A stretch of DNA of 64,000 bases, from positions 101,730 through 165,729 of the forward strand of contig JBAXJX010000002.1 in assembly GCA_037137655.1 (NCBI GenBank). The letters are read 5' to 3'. Positions 27,039 through 35,212 of the stretch are shown here, piece after piece. The translations under genes and the position numbers were made by a program. This DNA comes from Candidatus Falkowbacteria bacterium (lineage in GTDB: Bacteria; Patescibacteriota; Patescibacteriia; Patescibacteriales; UBA12465). Each line of letters starts with the position of its first letter. The first letter of the stretch is position 1. Below the pieces are notes generated by a model. That model was not told the DNA's origin and made no database searches. It was given only the letters and a program-made list of their open reading frames with translations.

Positions 27039-27176
27039 ACAATTTAAACCTTTCCCACACTCCATTTCTTGGGGTAATTCCGGTTCGACATTTATGTCAT
27101 AGAAATCGGGATTAAAGGTATTCTCAAAATCCCAGTATTTTTAGAGTACCGGGTTTTTATTTTTTATAAATTATTA
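27039..27176 (+). ncRNA. candidate structured 5' leader or small RNA upstream of rpsF (possible S6:S18 autoregulatory leader)
   Basis: Nested pairings read by eye: ACCTTT 27048-53 / AAAGGT 27114-19; CCC 27054-56 / GGG 27108-10; ATTTCT 27064-69 / AGAAAT 27101-06. An inner hairpin is GACA-TTTA-TGTC 27087-98, and there is an unpaired CCG at 27080-82. A terminator-like hairpin follows (CCCAGTA 27131-37 / TACCGGG 27147-53 plus T-run). Confidence 0.4.
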
Positions 27177-27248
27177 AAATTAATATAATTGATTAGGAGG
27201 TTATTATTTATTTATAATAATTTCATGATTAATTTGTTATCGTGACTT

Positions 27249-27758
27249 ATGTCAAAGACCAAAAAGTCCGGACCAGCAAGCTATGAAATTTTGTTTGTGG
27301 TGTCCAATCGTTTCACTGAAGACGAGGCCAAGGTGTGTATCGCCAAGGTAGAAAAATTAATTACCGATAATGACGGTACAATCGTAACTAGTACTTATTG
27401 GGGAAAGAAAAAGTTAGCTTACCCAATCAAGCACGAAACTTATGGTTATTACCAATTAGTAGAGTTTGATTTGGAAGGAAAAAATCTTTCTAAATTAGAT
27501 GAAAAATTGCGTTTAGACAGCGAAATCTTACGTTTTATGATTACAACTAGACTTGTAAAATCAGAAAAACAAATTGAAAAAGAAGAAAAGATTAAAGCTA
27601 AAATTGATTCTAAGAAAACTGCCGTTGCTAAAGAAAAAGCCGAAAAAGCTAGTGCAACCGAAGTAAAGAAACCAAAAAAGGTTACTAAGGAAAAAGTTAA
27701 CATGGAAAACTTAGATGAAAAATTGGAAGGCATTTTAAACGCTAAAGATTTAATTTAA
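27249..27758 (+). CDS. rpsF: 30S ribosomal protein S6 with Lys/Glu-rich C-terminal extension
   Basis: YEILFVVSNRFTEDEA...YWGKKKLAYPIKHETYGYY matches the S6 core. The rpsF-ssb-rpsR order is conserved. The tail reads KSEKQIEKEEKIKAKIDSKKTAVAKEKAEKA... Confidence 0.9.
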   Translation: MSKTKKSGPASYEILFVVSNRFTEDEAKVCIAKVEKLITDNDGTIVTSTYWGKKKLAYPIKHETYGYYQLVEFDLEGKNLSKLDEKLRLDSEILRFMITTRLVKSEKQIEKEEKIKAKIDSKKTAVAKEKAEKASATEVKKPKKVTKEKVNMENLDEKLEGILNAKDLI

Positions 27759-27776
27759 TAAATTAATTTTAAATTT

Positions 27777-28205
27777 ATGAGCTTAAATAAAGCCATGATC
27801 ATCGGAAACTTAACTCGCGATCCAGAAATGCGTACAACGCCAACTGGTCAAAATGTTACTTCTTTCTCGGTGGCTACCAATTCGGTTTGGACTGATCAAG
27901 CAGGTCAAAAACAAAAGAAAGTTGAATTTCATAATGTTGTTGCCTGGAGACGTTTAGCCGAAACTTGTTCTCAATACTTACATAAAGGATCAAAAGTTTA
28001 TATCGAGGGACGACTTCAAAGTCGTGAATGGACTGGTCAGGATGGTGCCAAGCGTTATCGCACAGAAATTGTAGCTGATAACATGGAAATGCTTGATACT
28101 CGTACTGGCGGCCAATCATCTAGTTCTAATAATTTTGATGAATCAGCGGCGGTTGATGAAATTGCTAATGATGAAGAAATTAAAATTGAAGATATTCCAT
28201 TTTAA
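27777..28205 (+). CDS. ssb: single-stranded DNA-binding protein
   Basis: MSLNKAMIIGNLTRDPEMRTTPTGQNVTSFSVATN...FHNVVAWRRLAE is an OB-fold SSB. The acidic C-terminal tip is EIKIEDIPF. Confidence 0.95.
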   Translation: MSLNKAMIIGNLTRDPEMRTTPTGQNVTSFSVATNSVWTDQAGQKQKKVEFHNVVAWRRLAETCSQYLHKGSKVYIEGRLQSREWTGQDGAKRYRTEIVADNMEMLDTRTGGQSSSSNNFDESAAVDEIANDEEIKIEDIPF

Positions 28206-28230
28206 TTTTCTATAAAAACTAATAAATAAT

Positions 28231-28440
28231 ATGATTAAAAAAAATAAAGAATGTCACTTTTGTGCGAATAACACTGAGGTTGATTATAAGGATGTTAGAA
28301 CTTTAAAAAAGTTCATCAACTTTTACCAGAAAATTATTTCAGCACAAAGAACTGGTACTTGTGCTTGGCACCAAAGAAAGTTAACTCAAGCTATTAAACG
28401 TGCTCGTAAAATGGCTTTGGTATCCTTCACTCATAAATAG
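28231..28440 (+). CDS. rpsR: 30S ribosomal protein S18
   Basis: CHFC...VDYKDVRTLKKFI...RTGTCAWHQRKLTQAIKRARKMAL. Confidence 0.9.
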   Translation: MIKKNKECHFCANNTEVDYKDVRTLKKFINFYQKIISAQRTGTCAWHQRKLTQAIKRARKMALVSFTHK

Positions 28441-28465
28441 TTTATAATTAATTTCTGAAAAAATT

Positions 28466-29023
28466 ATGTTGACCATGAGCGAAATAAAACTTGGTAAAGT
28501 TTTGGTTGTTAACGGTGAGCCATACGTGGTTATTAAAACTGAACATAATAAAACTGCTCGTAGTGGTGCTGTATTGAAAGTTAAATTGCGCGGCTTAGTT
28601 AATGGTAGTGTTTTGGAAAATACCTATCAAGGTAATGATAAGGTGGAAGAAGCTGACACTCAAACTAAGAAGGCAAACTATATGTATAAGGATGCTAACG
28701 AAGCTGTCTTTATGGATAATGGCACCTACGAACAATTCATGTTTAATTTGGATGATCTTGGTGATAAGGTACAATTCTTAAAAGAAGGTACTGATGTTGA
28801 CGTGTTGTATTTTAATGATAAACCGGTAGCTATCAACTTGCCAGTAAAAATGGAATTTAAAGTTGTAATGGCTCCGCCAGCAATTAAGGGCAACTCAGTT
28901 GGTAGTGTTACTAAACAAGTTGAACTTGAAACTGGCGCCACAATTAATGTTCCAGTGTTTATTGAAGAAGGTGAAATGATTAGAGTTAATACTGATACTG
29001 GTGAATACGTTGAAAGAGTTTAA
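28466..29023 (+). CDS. efp: elongation factor P
   Basis: NGEPYVVIKTEHNKTARSGAVLKVKLRGL aligns with the EF-P domain I loop. Full three-domain length. Confidence 0.93.
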   Translation: MLTMSEIKLGKVLVVNGEPYVVIKTEHNKTARSGAVLKVKLRGLVNGSVLENTYQGNDKVEEADTQTKKANYMYKDANEAVFMDNGTYEQFMFNLDDLGDKVQFLKEGTDVDVLYFNDKPVAINLPVKMEFKVVMAPPAIKGNSVGSVTKQVELETGATINVPVFIEEGEMIRVNTDTGEYVERV

Positions 29024-29033
29024 AAAGAAATAA

Positions 29034-29067
29034 AAAACACCTGTCACTCGGCAGGTGTTTTTGTTTT
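29034..29067 (+). terminator. intrinsic terminator
   Basis: ACACCTGTC / GGCAGGTGT stem plus TTTTGTTTT. Confidence 0.8.
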
Positions 29068-29093
29068 AAGTGGTCTTTGCTATAATTAAACAT

Positions 29094-30485
29094 ATGATTA
29101 TAATCATTATTTTATTAGCGCTCGCCTATTTGGCGCTTGCAATTTACAATTTAGAATGGGCAGTTTTACTGCTAGTTTTTGCTTTGCCGAGTTATTTGAT
29201 TCGTTTTACTATTTGGCATATTCCCAGTACCGTTTTAGAATTAATGTTGCTTATTTCTTTTGTGGTCTTTTTTGTAAAAGATTTTAAAGCGCGCGGTGCT
29301 AGTCTTAAAACTTATTTTAATAAAGCTAAAACAAAAAGATATCCATTTAGAGTGGAGATTGTTTTATTTTTGTTGGTGGCTTATTTAGCCTTGGCGGTGG
29401 CCGGGTTTTCTAATGATGCTTTGGGTATTTTTAAAGCTTATTTTTTAGAGGCGATTATATTTTATATTTTATATATTAATATTTTTAAAGAGGAATCGGC
29501 CCGCTCCAAAGTTTATTGGTCACTAGCGGCTTCGGCGTTGATAATTTCTTTATTTGGAATTTATCAAAAGTTAAGTGGTCAATTTTTTCCCACAGAATTT
29601 TTAGCAGCCGAAAGGCGTGTCACTTCATTTTTTCCATATCCTAATGCTGTTGGCCTGTATTTAGCCCCAATTGTTTTATTGCTTGGTGGTTTTATAGTGA
29701 AACTTTGGGATGAACGAAAAAATAAAATTGATTTATTTAAAATAAGTGGGCTTAGTTTTGTTGTGTTGATAAGTTTATTAACAATTTTTTTGGCGCAGTC
29801 CGAAGGGGCGCTTGCTGGAATAGCGGTGGCCGTCTTTGCTTGCGCTTTAATTCTCAATAAGACAAGTCGCTATATTGCTCTTGGCTGTACAACGGTATTT
29901 ATTATTATTTTAATGATTAGTCCGGTAGCGTGGAATTACGTTAAAACGAAAGCAATGTTAAACGACTTAACAGGACAGATTCGTAAAGAACAGTGGATTG
30001 AAACTAAAAAAATGTTTTTTGGCTCACCTAAAATCGCTTTACTGGGTACAGGTTTGAATAATTATCAAGCTAGTGTCGCCCCATATCATCAAGCCGGAAT
30101 ATTTCTGAAAAATGATGATCCTAATTGGTTACAAAAAATCCAAAGCGATCCAGTTTATCGAGCTAAAGCTTGGCAGCCAACTGAAATTTACATGTATCCG
30201 CATAACATTTTTTTAAATTTTTGGACGGAACTAGGAGTATTGGGAATGTTGTTGTTTGTTTGGATTTTTGGCCGTTTTTTTGTAGAAAGTGGGAAACTTT
30301 TGGCCTGGAAAAATGTAATTACATCTAGTGATCGCGCCCTGTTAATTGGTTTGACGGGAGCGATGATTGTTGTTATTATTCACGGACTAGTTGATGTGCC
30401 TTATTTTAAAAATGATCTAGCACTTTTATTTTGGTTATTAATAGCACAACTGGGATTATTTAAAATAAAATATTTGAAAAAATAA
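29094..30485 (+). CDS. O-antigen ligase / Wzy-like polytopic membrane protein
   Basis: More than 10 predicted TM helices with a central loop LAQSEGALAG resembling the Wzy_C/O-antigen-ligase region. Start moved to ATG 29094 because a TATAAT box (29081-86) lies inside the longer GTG-initiated ORF. Confidence 0.55.
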   Translation: MIIIIILLALAYLALAIYNLEWAVLLLVFALPSYLIRFTIWHIPSTVLELMLLISFVVFFVKDFKARGASLKTYFNKAKTKRYPFRVEIVLFLLVAYLALAVAGFSNDALGIFKAYFLEAIIFYILYINIFKEESARSKVYWSLAASALIISLFGIYQKLSGQFFPTEFLAAERRVTSFFPYPNAVGLYLAPIVLLLGGFIVKLWDERKNKIDLFKISGLSFVVLISLLTIFLAQSEGALAGIAVAVFACALILNKTSRYIALGCTTVFIIILMISPVAWNYVKTKAMLNDLTGQIRKEQWIETKKMFFGSPKIALLGTGLNNYQASVAPYHQAGIFLKNDDPNWLQKIQSDPVYRAKAWQPTEIYMYPHNIFLNFWTELGVLGMLLFVWIFGRFFVESGKLLAWKNVITSSDRALLIGLTGAMIVVIIHGLVDVPYFKNDLALLFWLLIAQLGLFKIKYLKK

Positions 30486-30486
30486 T

Positions 30487-31179
30487 ATGAAAGTAGTTTT
30501 ACAAAAATTTATCGCGGAGAGAGAGTTTTTTTCTCGTCGCCAAGCTGAAACTTTGATTCGTGAAGGTGGGGTTAAATTGAACGGAAAAATTGCCGCTTTA
30601 GGCGATCGCGCCGATGACGATGATGATGTGGAGATACGAGGTCGCCGGGTGCAAAATTTAGACGTTAACAAAAAGAAAGTTAGCTTTATCTTAAACAAAC
30701 CAATTGGTTATGTTTGTACTACTCGCATGTTTAAAAATGAGAAAAATGTTTTTGATTTGATTGATACTCGGGAAAGATTATTTATTGTTGGTCGCCTAGA
30801 TAAAGATAGTCGTGGTTTAGTGTTGCTGACCAATGATGGTGCTATGGCCCAAAAAATGACTCATCCTAAATATGAATGTCAAAAGACGTATGAAGTTAAA
30901 ATTTCCGGTCCGGAAAAAATTGATGAAGCGCAAATTGATTTTATTGAACGTAATTTTTCTATGGGTGTTAATATTGGCGATGAAGACGGTGTCGCTATTG
31001 CTTACGAAGTTAATTATTTAGGCGATGGTGTTTTTAAAGTAGTTTTAACTCAAGGTAAAAAACGCCAACTACGTCGCATGTTTGGAGCTTTAGGTTATAG
31101 TGTTCTAGACTTAAAACGCACTCAATTGGGCGAATTTAAATTAGGTAATTTACCAGAAGGACAATACAAGAAAGTTTAA
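30487..31179 (+). CDS. pseudouridine synthase, RsuA/RluB family
   Basis: N-terminal S4 domain (SRRQAETLIREGGVKLNG) and catalytic motif GRLDKDSRGLVLLTNDG. Confidence 0.85.
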   Translation: MKVVLQKFIAEREFFSRRQAETLIREGGVKLNGKIAALGDRADDDDDVEIRGRRVQNLDVNKKKVSFILNKPIGYVCTTRMFKNEKNVFDLIDTRERLFIVGRLDKDSRGLVLLTNDGAMAQKMTHPKYECQKTYEVKISGPEKIDEAQIDFIERNFSMGVNIGDEDGVAIAYEVNYLGDGVFKVVLTQGKKRQLRRMFGALGYSVLDLKRTQLGEFKLGNLPEGQYKKV

Positions 31180-31190
31180 GGATAATTATT

Positions 31191-31883
31191 ATGTTAAAAA
31201 GAAAAGGTGGTGCGCTAAAATTTAGTGGTAATACTAACACTGATTTTTTAAAGATTGTGGCCGCCATAACAATGTTGGTCGATCATGTTGGCCGAGTTTT
31301 TTTTCAAAATATATTACTATTTGATATTATTGGTCGCCTTTCATTTCCTCTGTTTGCTTATTGTTTAGCGCTTGGTGCTGGTTATACTAAAAATTTTAAA
31401 AAGTATTTTTTACGCCTTCTAGCTTTTGCTATAATTTCGCAACCCATTTATTCTCTCCTCTTTAATCGACCATTAACACAGCTAAATGTAATCTTTACAT
31501 TACTTTTTGGTTTAATTGCAATTTACGCGCTCCGTGAAAAAAAATATTTTTTGTTTGCCGCCACCTTAATTGGTTCATATTTTTTAGCTGCCGATTATGG
31601 TTTGGACGGGGTTTTGTTAATTTTGATATTTTACATCTTTAAAGATAAGCTTAATATTTTATTGGCCGTTTCTTTCGCCTGGTTAGTGTTGTATTTTGTG
31701 CCACTAGCTAAGCCGGATTTTTACCTAGGTAACGTTGGTTTAAGTGTGGCTGGTTTTGCGGTTTTTAGTTTGATATTTATTGCGCTTAAAACTAATTTCA
31801 AGATTAAATTAAATAAATATTTTTTCTACATTTTCTACCCAGCCCATTTAGCGCTCTTGTATTTAATTCGATTGTTTATATAA
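31191..31883 (+). CDS. TraX-family integral membrane protein
   Basis: LKIVAAITMLVDHVG near the N-terminus and about 6 TM helices fit TraX-like proteins as I recall them. Confidence 0.5.
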   Translation: MLKRKGGALKFSGNTNTDFLKIVAAITMLVDHVGRVFFQNILLFDIIGRLSFPLFAYCLALGAGYTKNFKKYFLRLLAFAIISQPIYSLLFNRPLTQLNVIFTLLFGLIAIYALREKKYFLFAATLIGSYFLAADYGLDGVLLILIFYIFKDKLNILLAVSFAWLVLYFVPLAKPDFYLGNVGLSVAGFAVFSLIFIALKTNFKIKLNKYFFYIFYPAHLALLYLIRLFI

Positions 31884-31902
31884 TGGTTTAGTGAATAATA
31901 TT

Positions 31903-31989
31903 GGAGAGGTGTCTGAGTGGTTGAAGGTACCGCTCTCGAAAAGCGGCAGGGGCGAAAGCTCCTCGGGAGTTCGAATCTCCCCCTCTCCG
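31903..31989 (+). tRNA. tRNA-Ser (anticodon CGA)
   Basis: GGAGAGGTGTCTGAGTGGTTGAAGGTACCGCTCTCGAAAAGCGGCAGGGGCGAAAGCTCCTCGGGAGTTCGAATCTCCCCCTCTCCG. Anticodon stem CCGCT/AGCGG with loop CTCGAAA, a long variable arm, and T-loop TTCGAAT. Confidence 0.92.
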
Positions 31990-32078
31990 CATTGACTCAA
32001 AATCGTCTTTATTCTCAATTTTTGGCAGGTACCCCAAATCCTAGACACTTTCTCTACGAGTTCATATAATGTAAATAT

Positions 32079-32336
32079 ATGAAAAAATCATTCAAAATCT
32101 CAACTGAGACCAAAGAACAAATTCTAAAACGTGTTAAAGAAGAAGGACTGCCGGTGGCTAAGGTAGCTGAAGAACATGGTATTAGTACTGCCACCATCTA
32201 TGGCTGGCTGTCTAAGGGGGTCAAAGCTCAACCCAGTTGGAGTGAACTATCTAAACTAAGAAAGCAAAACCATGAGCTCTTGGCCCTGGTCGGAGAGCTC
32301 ACTATTAGTTTGTCCCAAACTAAAAAAAAGACCTAG
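32079..32336 (+). CDS. IS3-family transposase OrfA (HTH)
   Basis: LPVAKVAEEHGISTATIYGWL helix-turn-helix plus a leucine-zipper-like C-terminus. Confidence 0.85.
   Translation: MKKSFKISTETKEQILKRVKEEGLPVAKVAEEHGISTATIYGWLSKGVKAQPSWSELSKLRKQNHELLALVGELTISLSQTKKKT
32322..32330 (+). promoter_or_regulatory. programmed -1 ribosomal frameshift site (A8G)
   Basis: AAAAAAAAG lies at the end of orfA, and orfB is in the -1 frame relative to orfA (start coordinates 32079 mod 3 = 0, 32339 mod 3 = 2). Confidence 0.7.
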
Positions 32337-32338
32337 TT

Positions 32339-33142
32339 ATGAAACGGGACAATAAGTCCCAGGCAGCCAGAGATATCGGAGTCTCTCGCCAATTATTATA
32401 TTACCACCACAAACAACAGGAGAAGGATTGGAATTTAAAAACTAAAATCGAAACTGCTCTCCACGACCATCCCAGTTATGGGCACAAAAGACTAGCCATC
32501 CATCTGCATATTAACCGGAAGAGAATACTTCGAGTAATGAAACTTTTCGGTCTCCGGCCATATCGCAAAAGAGGTCGGAAATTCAAGTATAATAAGGCGA
32601 TTAGAGATTTAGAATTTCCTAATCTGTTGTTAAATAATATCCCTGAATATCCCAATCATATCTGGGCTAGTGACTTTACTCATATCGCATTTAGAGGAGA
32701 GTGGCTCTATCTAGCTACTATCCTAGATCTCTATACCAGAAAAATAGTCGGCTATAGCGTTCTCACTAGTCACAGCAATGAACTAATTATCAATGCCTTG
32801 CTTTCAGCCGTCTATCATAACCCACCAGCTAAAATACTCCACTCCGACCATGGTTCAGAATATGCTTCTCATGATTATTCTAATATCTGTTTGAATCTCG
32901 GTATTAAACAATCTATGAGCCAACCAGGTTGTCCCTGGGAAAATGGCTATCAGGAGTCATTCTATTCCCAGTTTAAAATAGACTTAGGTGACCCAGATAG
33001 ATTTAACAGTTTAGGAGAACTAGTATATAATATTCATAGAACTATATATCGCTATAATCACACCCGAATCCATACTAAATTAAAAATGCCGCCTGTTTTA
33101 TACAGTCGGCGCTATCAAGAACTCCATAGACAATGTGTCTAA
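32339..33142 (+). CDS. IS3-family transposase OrfB (DDE / rve integrase core)
   Basis: WASDFTHI (D), LHSDHGSEYAS (D) and PWENGYQESF (E). Confidence 0.9.
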   Translation: MKRDNKSQAARDIGVSRQLLYYHHKQQEKDWNLKTKIETALHDHPSYGHKRLAIHLHINRKRILRVMKLFGLRPYRKRGRKFKYNKAIRDLEFPNLLLNNIPEYPNHIWASDFTHIAFRGEWLYLATILDLYTRKIVGYSVLTSHSNELIINALLSAVYHNPPAKILHSDHGSEYASHDYSNICLNLGIKQSMSQPGCPWENGYQESFYSQFKIDLGDPDRFNSLGELVYNIHRTIYRYNHTRIHTKLKMPPVLYSRRYQELHRQCV

Positions 33143-33309
33143 CAAAAGGGGTACCTTCCATAACTCAATTTTGGCACAAAATAGGCCATAGGGCAATTAG
33201 CTGATTTTTGTTGATTTTTTAGGGTTTTTGTGGTAATTTTAGAATATAATACTTAAAAATATGTTTTTAAATTAAAGTTAAAAATAAATAATTATTAAAA
33301 TACAAATTT

Positions 33310-33768
33310 ATGGAAAGCTTAAATGACAAGGTTTGGTATAGACTTCTAAAAGTTATTTTTATAATTACTTTCATTATATGCCAATTTATTGCTTTTTCTT
33401 TGGCTTTACCTCAAAAATACGTTTACAGGTGTGAAAATGGAAAAATAATTCCTTTTTCTCATAATTCTTCCTTGAATGACAATTGGTCTTACAGAGTAGA
33501 TAAAGAATGCGACCCAAATGTTGTTGTTCCCATTTTTGATAAAAATGGAAACTTCATTAATGAAAGTATGAATAATTACGTCTCCAATTACAAGGGTGTA
33601 TATGTGACTGACTATTTAAATTCTTTATGGTTTGCACCCCTCGTCTTCCTGTCTATATGGCTATTTTTCTGGCTTATCTCAAGATTGTTTTTTTATATTT
33701 TTATAAAAGAAAAATTTATTTCTGGTAGATTAGCAAATATAATAAAAGGGATTTTTATTAAAAAATAA
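33310..33768 (+). CDS. hypothetical membrane protein
   Basis: Two hydrophobic helices flank a Cys-containing loop. No homology recognised. Confidence 0.45.
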   Translation: MESLNDKVWYRLLKVIFIITFIICQFIAFSLALPQKYVYRCENGKIIPFSHNSSLNDNWSYRVDKECDPNVVVPIFDKNGNFINESMNNYVSNYKGVYVTDYLNSLWFAPLVFLSIWLFFWLISRLFFYIFIKEKFISGRLANIIKGIFIKK

Positions 33769-33773
33769 ATAAT

Positions 33774-34586
33774 ATGAGCTACCATAGTATAGAATTTGAA
33801 CAGACTGAATGTCCAAATTGTTCTAATCATTCAATCCCATTCAAAAAAAATTTCAAATGTCCTTATTGCGGTCACGCTATTGATGTATATTATGATTTTG
33901 TTTCAGAGGTGGTTAAGGCAATGCTGTGTCACAAGGAAATGTATGGAAGCTTTTTTCCTGATGCCTGGTTTAGTGGTCCAATTGCTGAGCAAATAGAAGG
34001 AGAGATTTTTAATTTTTTTGATGAATTAGAAGAGAAAAAATTAGAAAAAACCAAAGAATTAATCAATAAGACATTAGATGAATTCAAGTATGAATCTGAA
34101 AAATACAAGCAGCATTTTAAAGAAATTATTTTTGCGGTTAATGATCAGTATGAGATAGAATTAAAGAAGAAAAGTAAAACAAAAAGCCATTTTAAAAAAA
34201 TTACGGACAAAATAGACCCTAGGAAAGTTAAAGCTAATATGTTTGTTTTAGAGAGTGAATCTTTTGAAATAGCTGAGGCATATAGTAAGCGTGACAAAGA
34301 AAAGGAAGAATTATTGAAATTTTCAACTCAATCAATAAAAAAAATTGACCAAATTACCGGAATCCCACTGGGATTTTCTCTTGAATTTGTCGCCACTTAT
34401 CCTGACGTACTTTTGTGGTGGAATAGCTTATCTGACGAAAAAACAGGCAATCTTTTAAAAGATTTTGATGAAAAAGACCTTTTAGATGAGAATCAAAAAA
34501 TTAAGCTTAAATATCTAACGATTATTATAGAAGCATATAAAAATACAGGTGCGACACTAGAATGTTCTTGCGGGATATCTGAATAA
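33774..34586 (+). CDS. hypothetical protein with N-terminal zinc ribbon
   Basis: CPNCSNHSIPFKKNFKCPYCGH (CxxC-N13-CxxC) followed by a charged helical region. Confidence 0.5.
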   Translation: MSYHSIEFEQTECPNCSNHSIPFKKNFKCPYCGHAIDVYYDFVSEVVKAMLCHKEMYGSFFPDAWFSGPIAEQIEGEIFNFFDELEEKKLEKTKELINKTLDEFKYESEKYKQHFKEIIFAVNDQYEIELKKKSKTKSHFKKITDKIDPRKVKANMFVLESESFEIAEAYSKRDKEKEELLKFSTQSIKKIDQITGIPLGFSLEFVATYPDVLLWWNSLSDEKTGNLLKDFDEKDLLDENQKIKLKYLTIIIEAYKNTGATLECSCGISE

Positions 34587-34643
34587 TTTAAAAAAAATTG
34601 TAATTTTGAAGACAAAAAAAATAAAAAAAATTAATTTAAATAT

Positions 34644-34853
34644 ATGAAAGTACTTGCAATCTTATTAATATTATTTGGCAGCTTTTGGATTTTTGGCAGG
34701 GTCTTAAATCAGCGAATAATGTTTAATATAGTTAAAGGAAAAATTGAAACCCATGGTTTATTGTATGGTATTTGGTGCTATTTCAGAGGTGAAATATTTG
34801 GTTTTGGATTAGGCATAGGACTGATTATATTAGGCATCTATTTATATAAGTGA
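34644..34853 (+). CDS. small two-TM membrane protein
   Basis: 69 aa with hydrophobic N- and C-terminal helices. Confidence 0.4.
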   Translation: MKVLAILLILFGSFWIFGRVLNQRIMFNIVKGKIETHGLLYGIWCYFRGEIFGFGLGIGLIILGIYLYK

Positions 34854-34866
34854 GGCGGTAAAATAT

Positions 34867-35169
34867 ATGATGAGATTTAGATTAAAAAAGAGGTTTGATG
34901 GATTAAATGAAGACGGATTAACTTTTGAGGATGTTATTATAAATGATGTTAAAAATCATATTGATTCATTTTTTTACTATAGTAAACATATTCTTGATGA
35001 AAATGGCGATATTGAAGCTCTTAACGTGGCTAGTATAGGAAATGCCCGCTTTGTAATTTCTTGTTATTATTATAAATATTTAGATGAATATGTTCCCGGA
35101 GAATTGGCCAAAAAATTAAAAAAGGAAATAGAAGAAAAAATAACATTAGCCAAATTATTACAGGTATAA
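34867..35169 (+). CDS. hypothetical protein
   Basis: 100-aa ORF in an operon-like array. No motif recognised. Confidence 0.4.
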   Translation: MMRFRLKKRFDGLNEDGLTFEDVIINDVKNHIDSFFYYSKHILDENGDIEALNVASIGNARFVISCYYYKYLDEYVPGELAKKLKKEIEEKITLAKLLQV

Positions 35170-35212
35170 TATTTTTAATTATTATTAAAAAAAAGGAGTA
35201 AAAATAAATTAT

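Larger units (their letters stand above)
32023..33163 (+). mobile_element. IS3-family insertion sequence (orfA/orfB, -1 frameshift), apparently intact
   Basis: IRL is TGGCAGGTACCCCAAATCCTAGACAC (32023-48). The reverse complement of IRR (33135-60) is TGGAAGGTACCCCTTTTGTTAGACAC. Direct repeats CTCAATTTT lie at 32014-22 and 33164-72. The right boundary is uncertain by 3 nt. Confidence 0.85.

Noticed and set aside
27194-27199. A strong AGGAGG that might mark an unannotated small gene between the leader and rpsF
   Set aside because: No ATG, GTG or TTG lies at 5-10 nt. The nearest ATG (about 27225) opens only a 6-codon frame (MINLLS). It is kept only as a note within the leader finding.
31863-32048. 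61-aa minus-strand ORF
   Set aside because: It overlaps the tRNA-Ser gene and the IS left inverted repeat. Its sequence is the translation of the tRNA complement.
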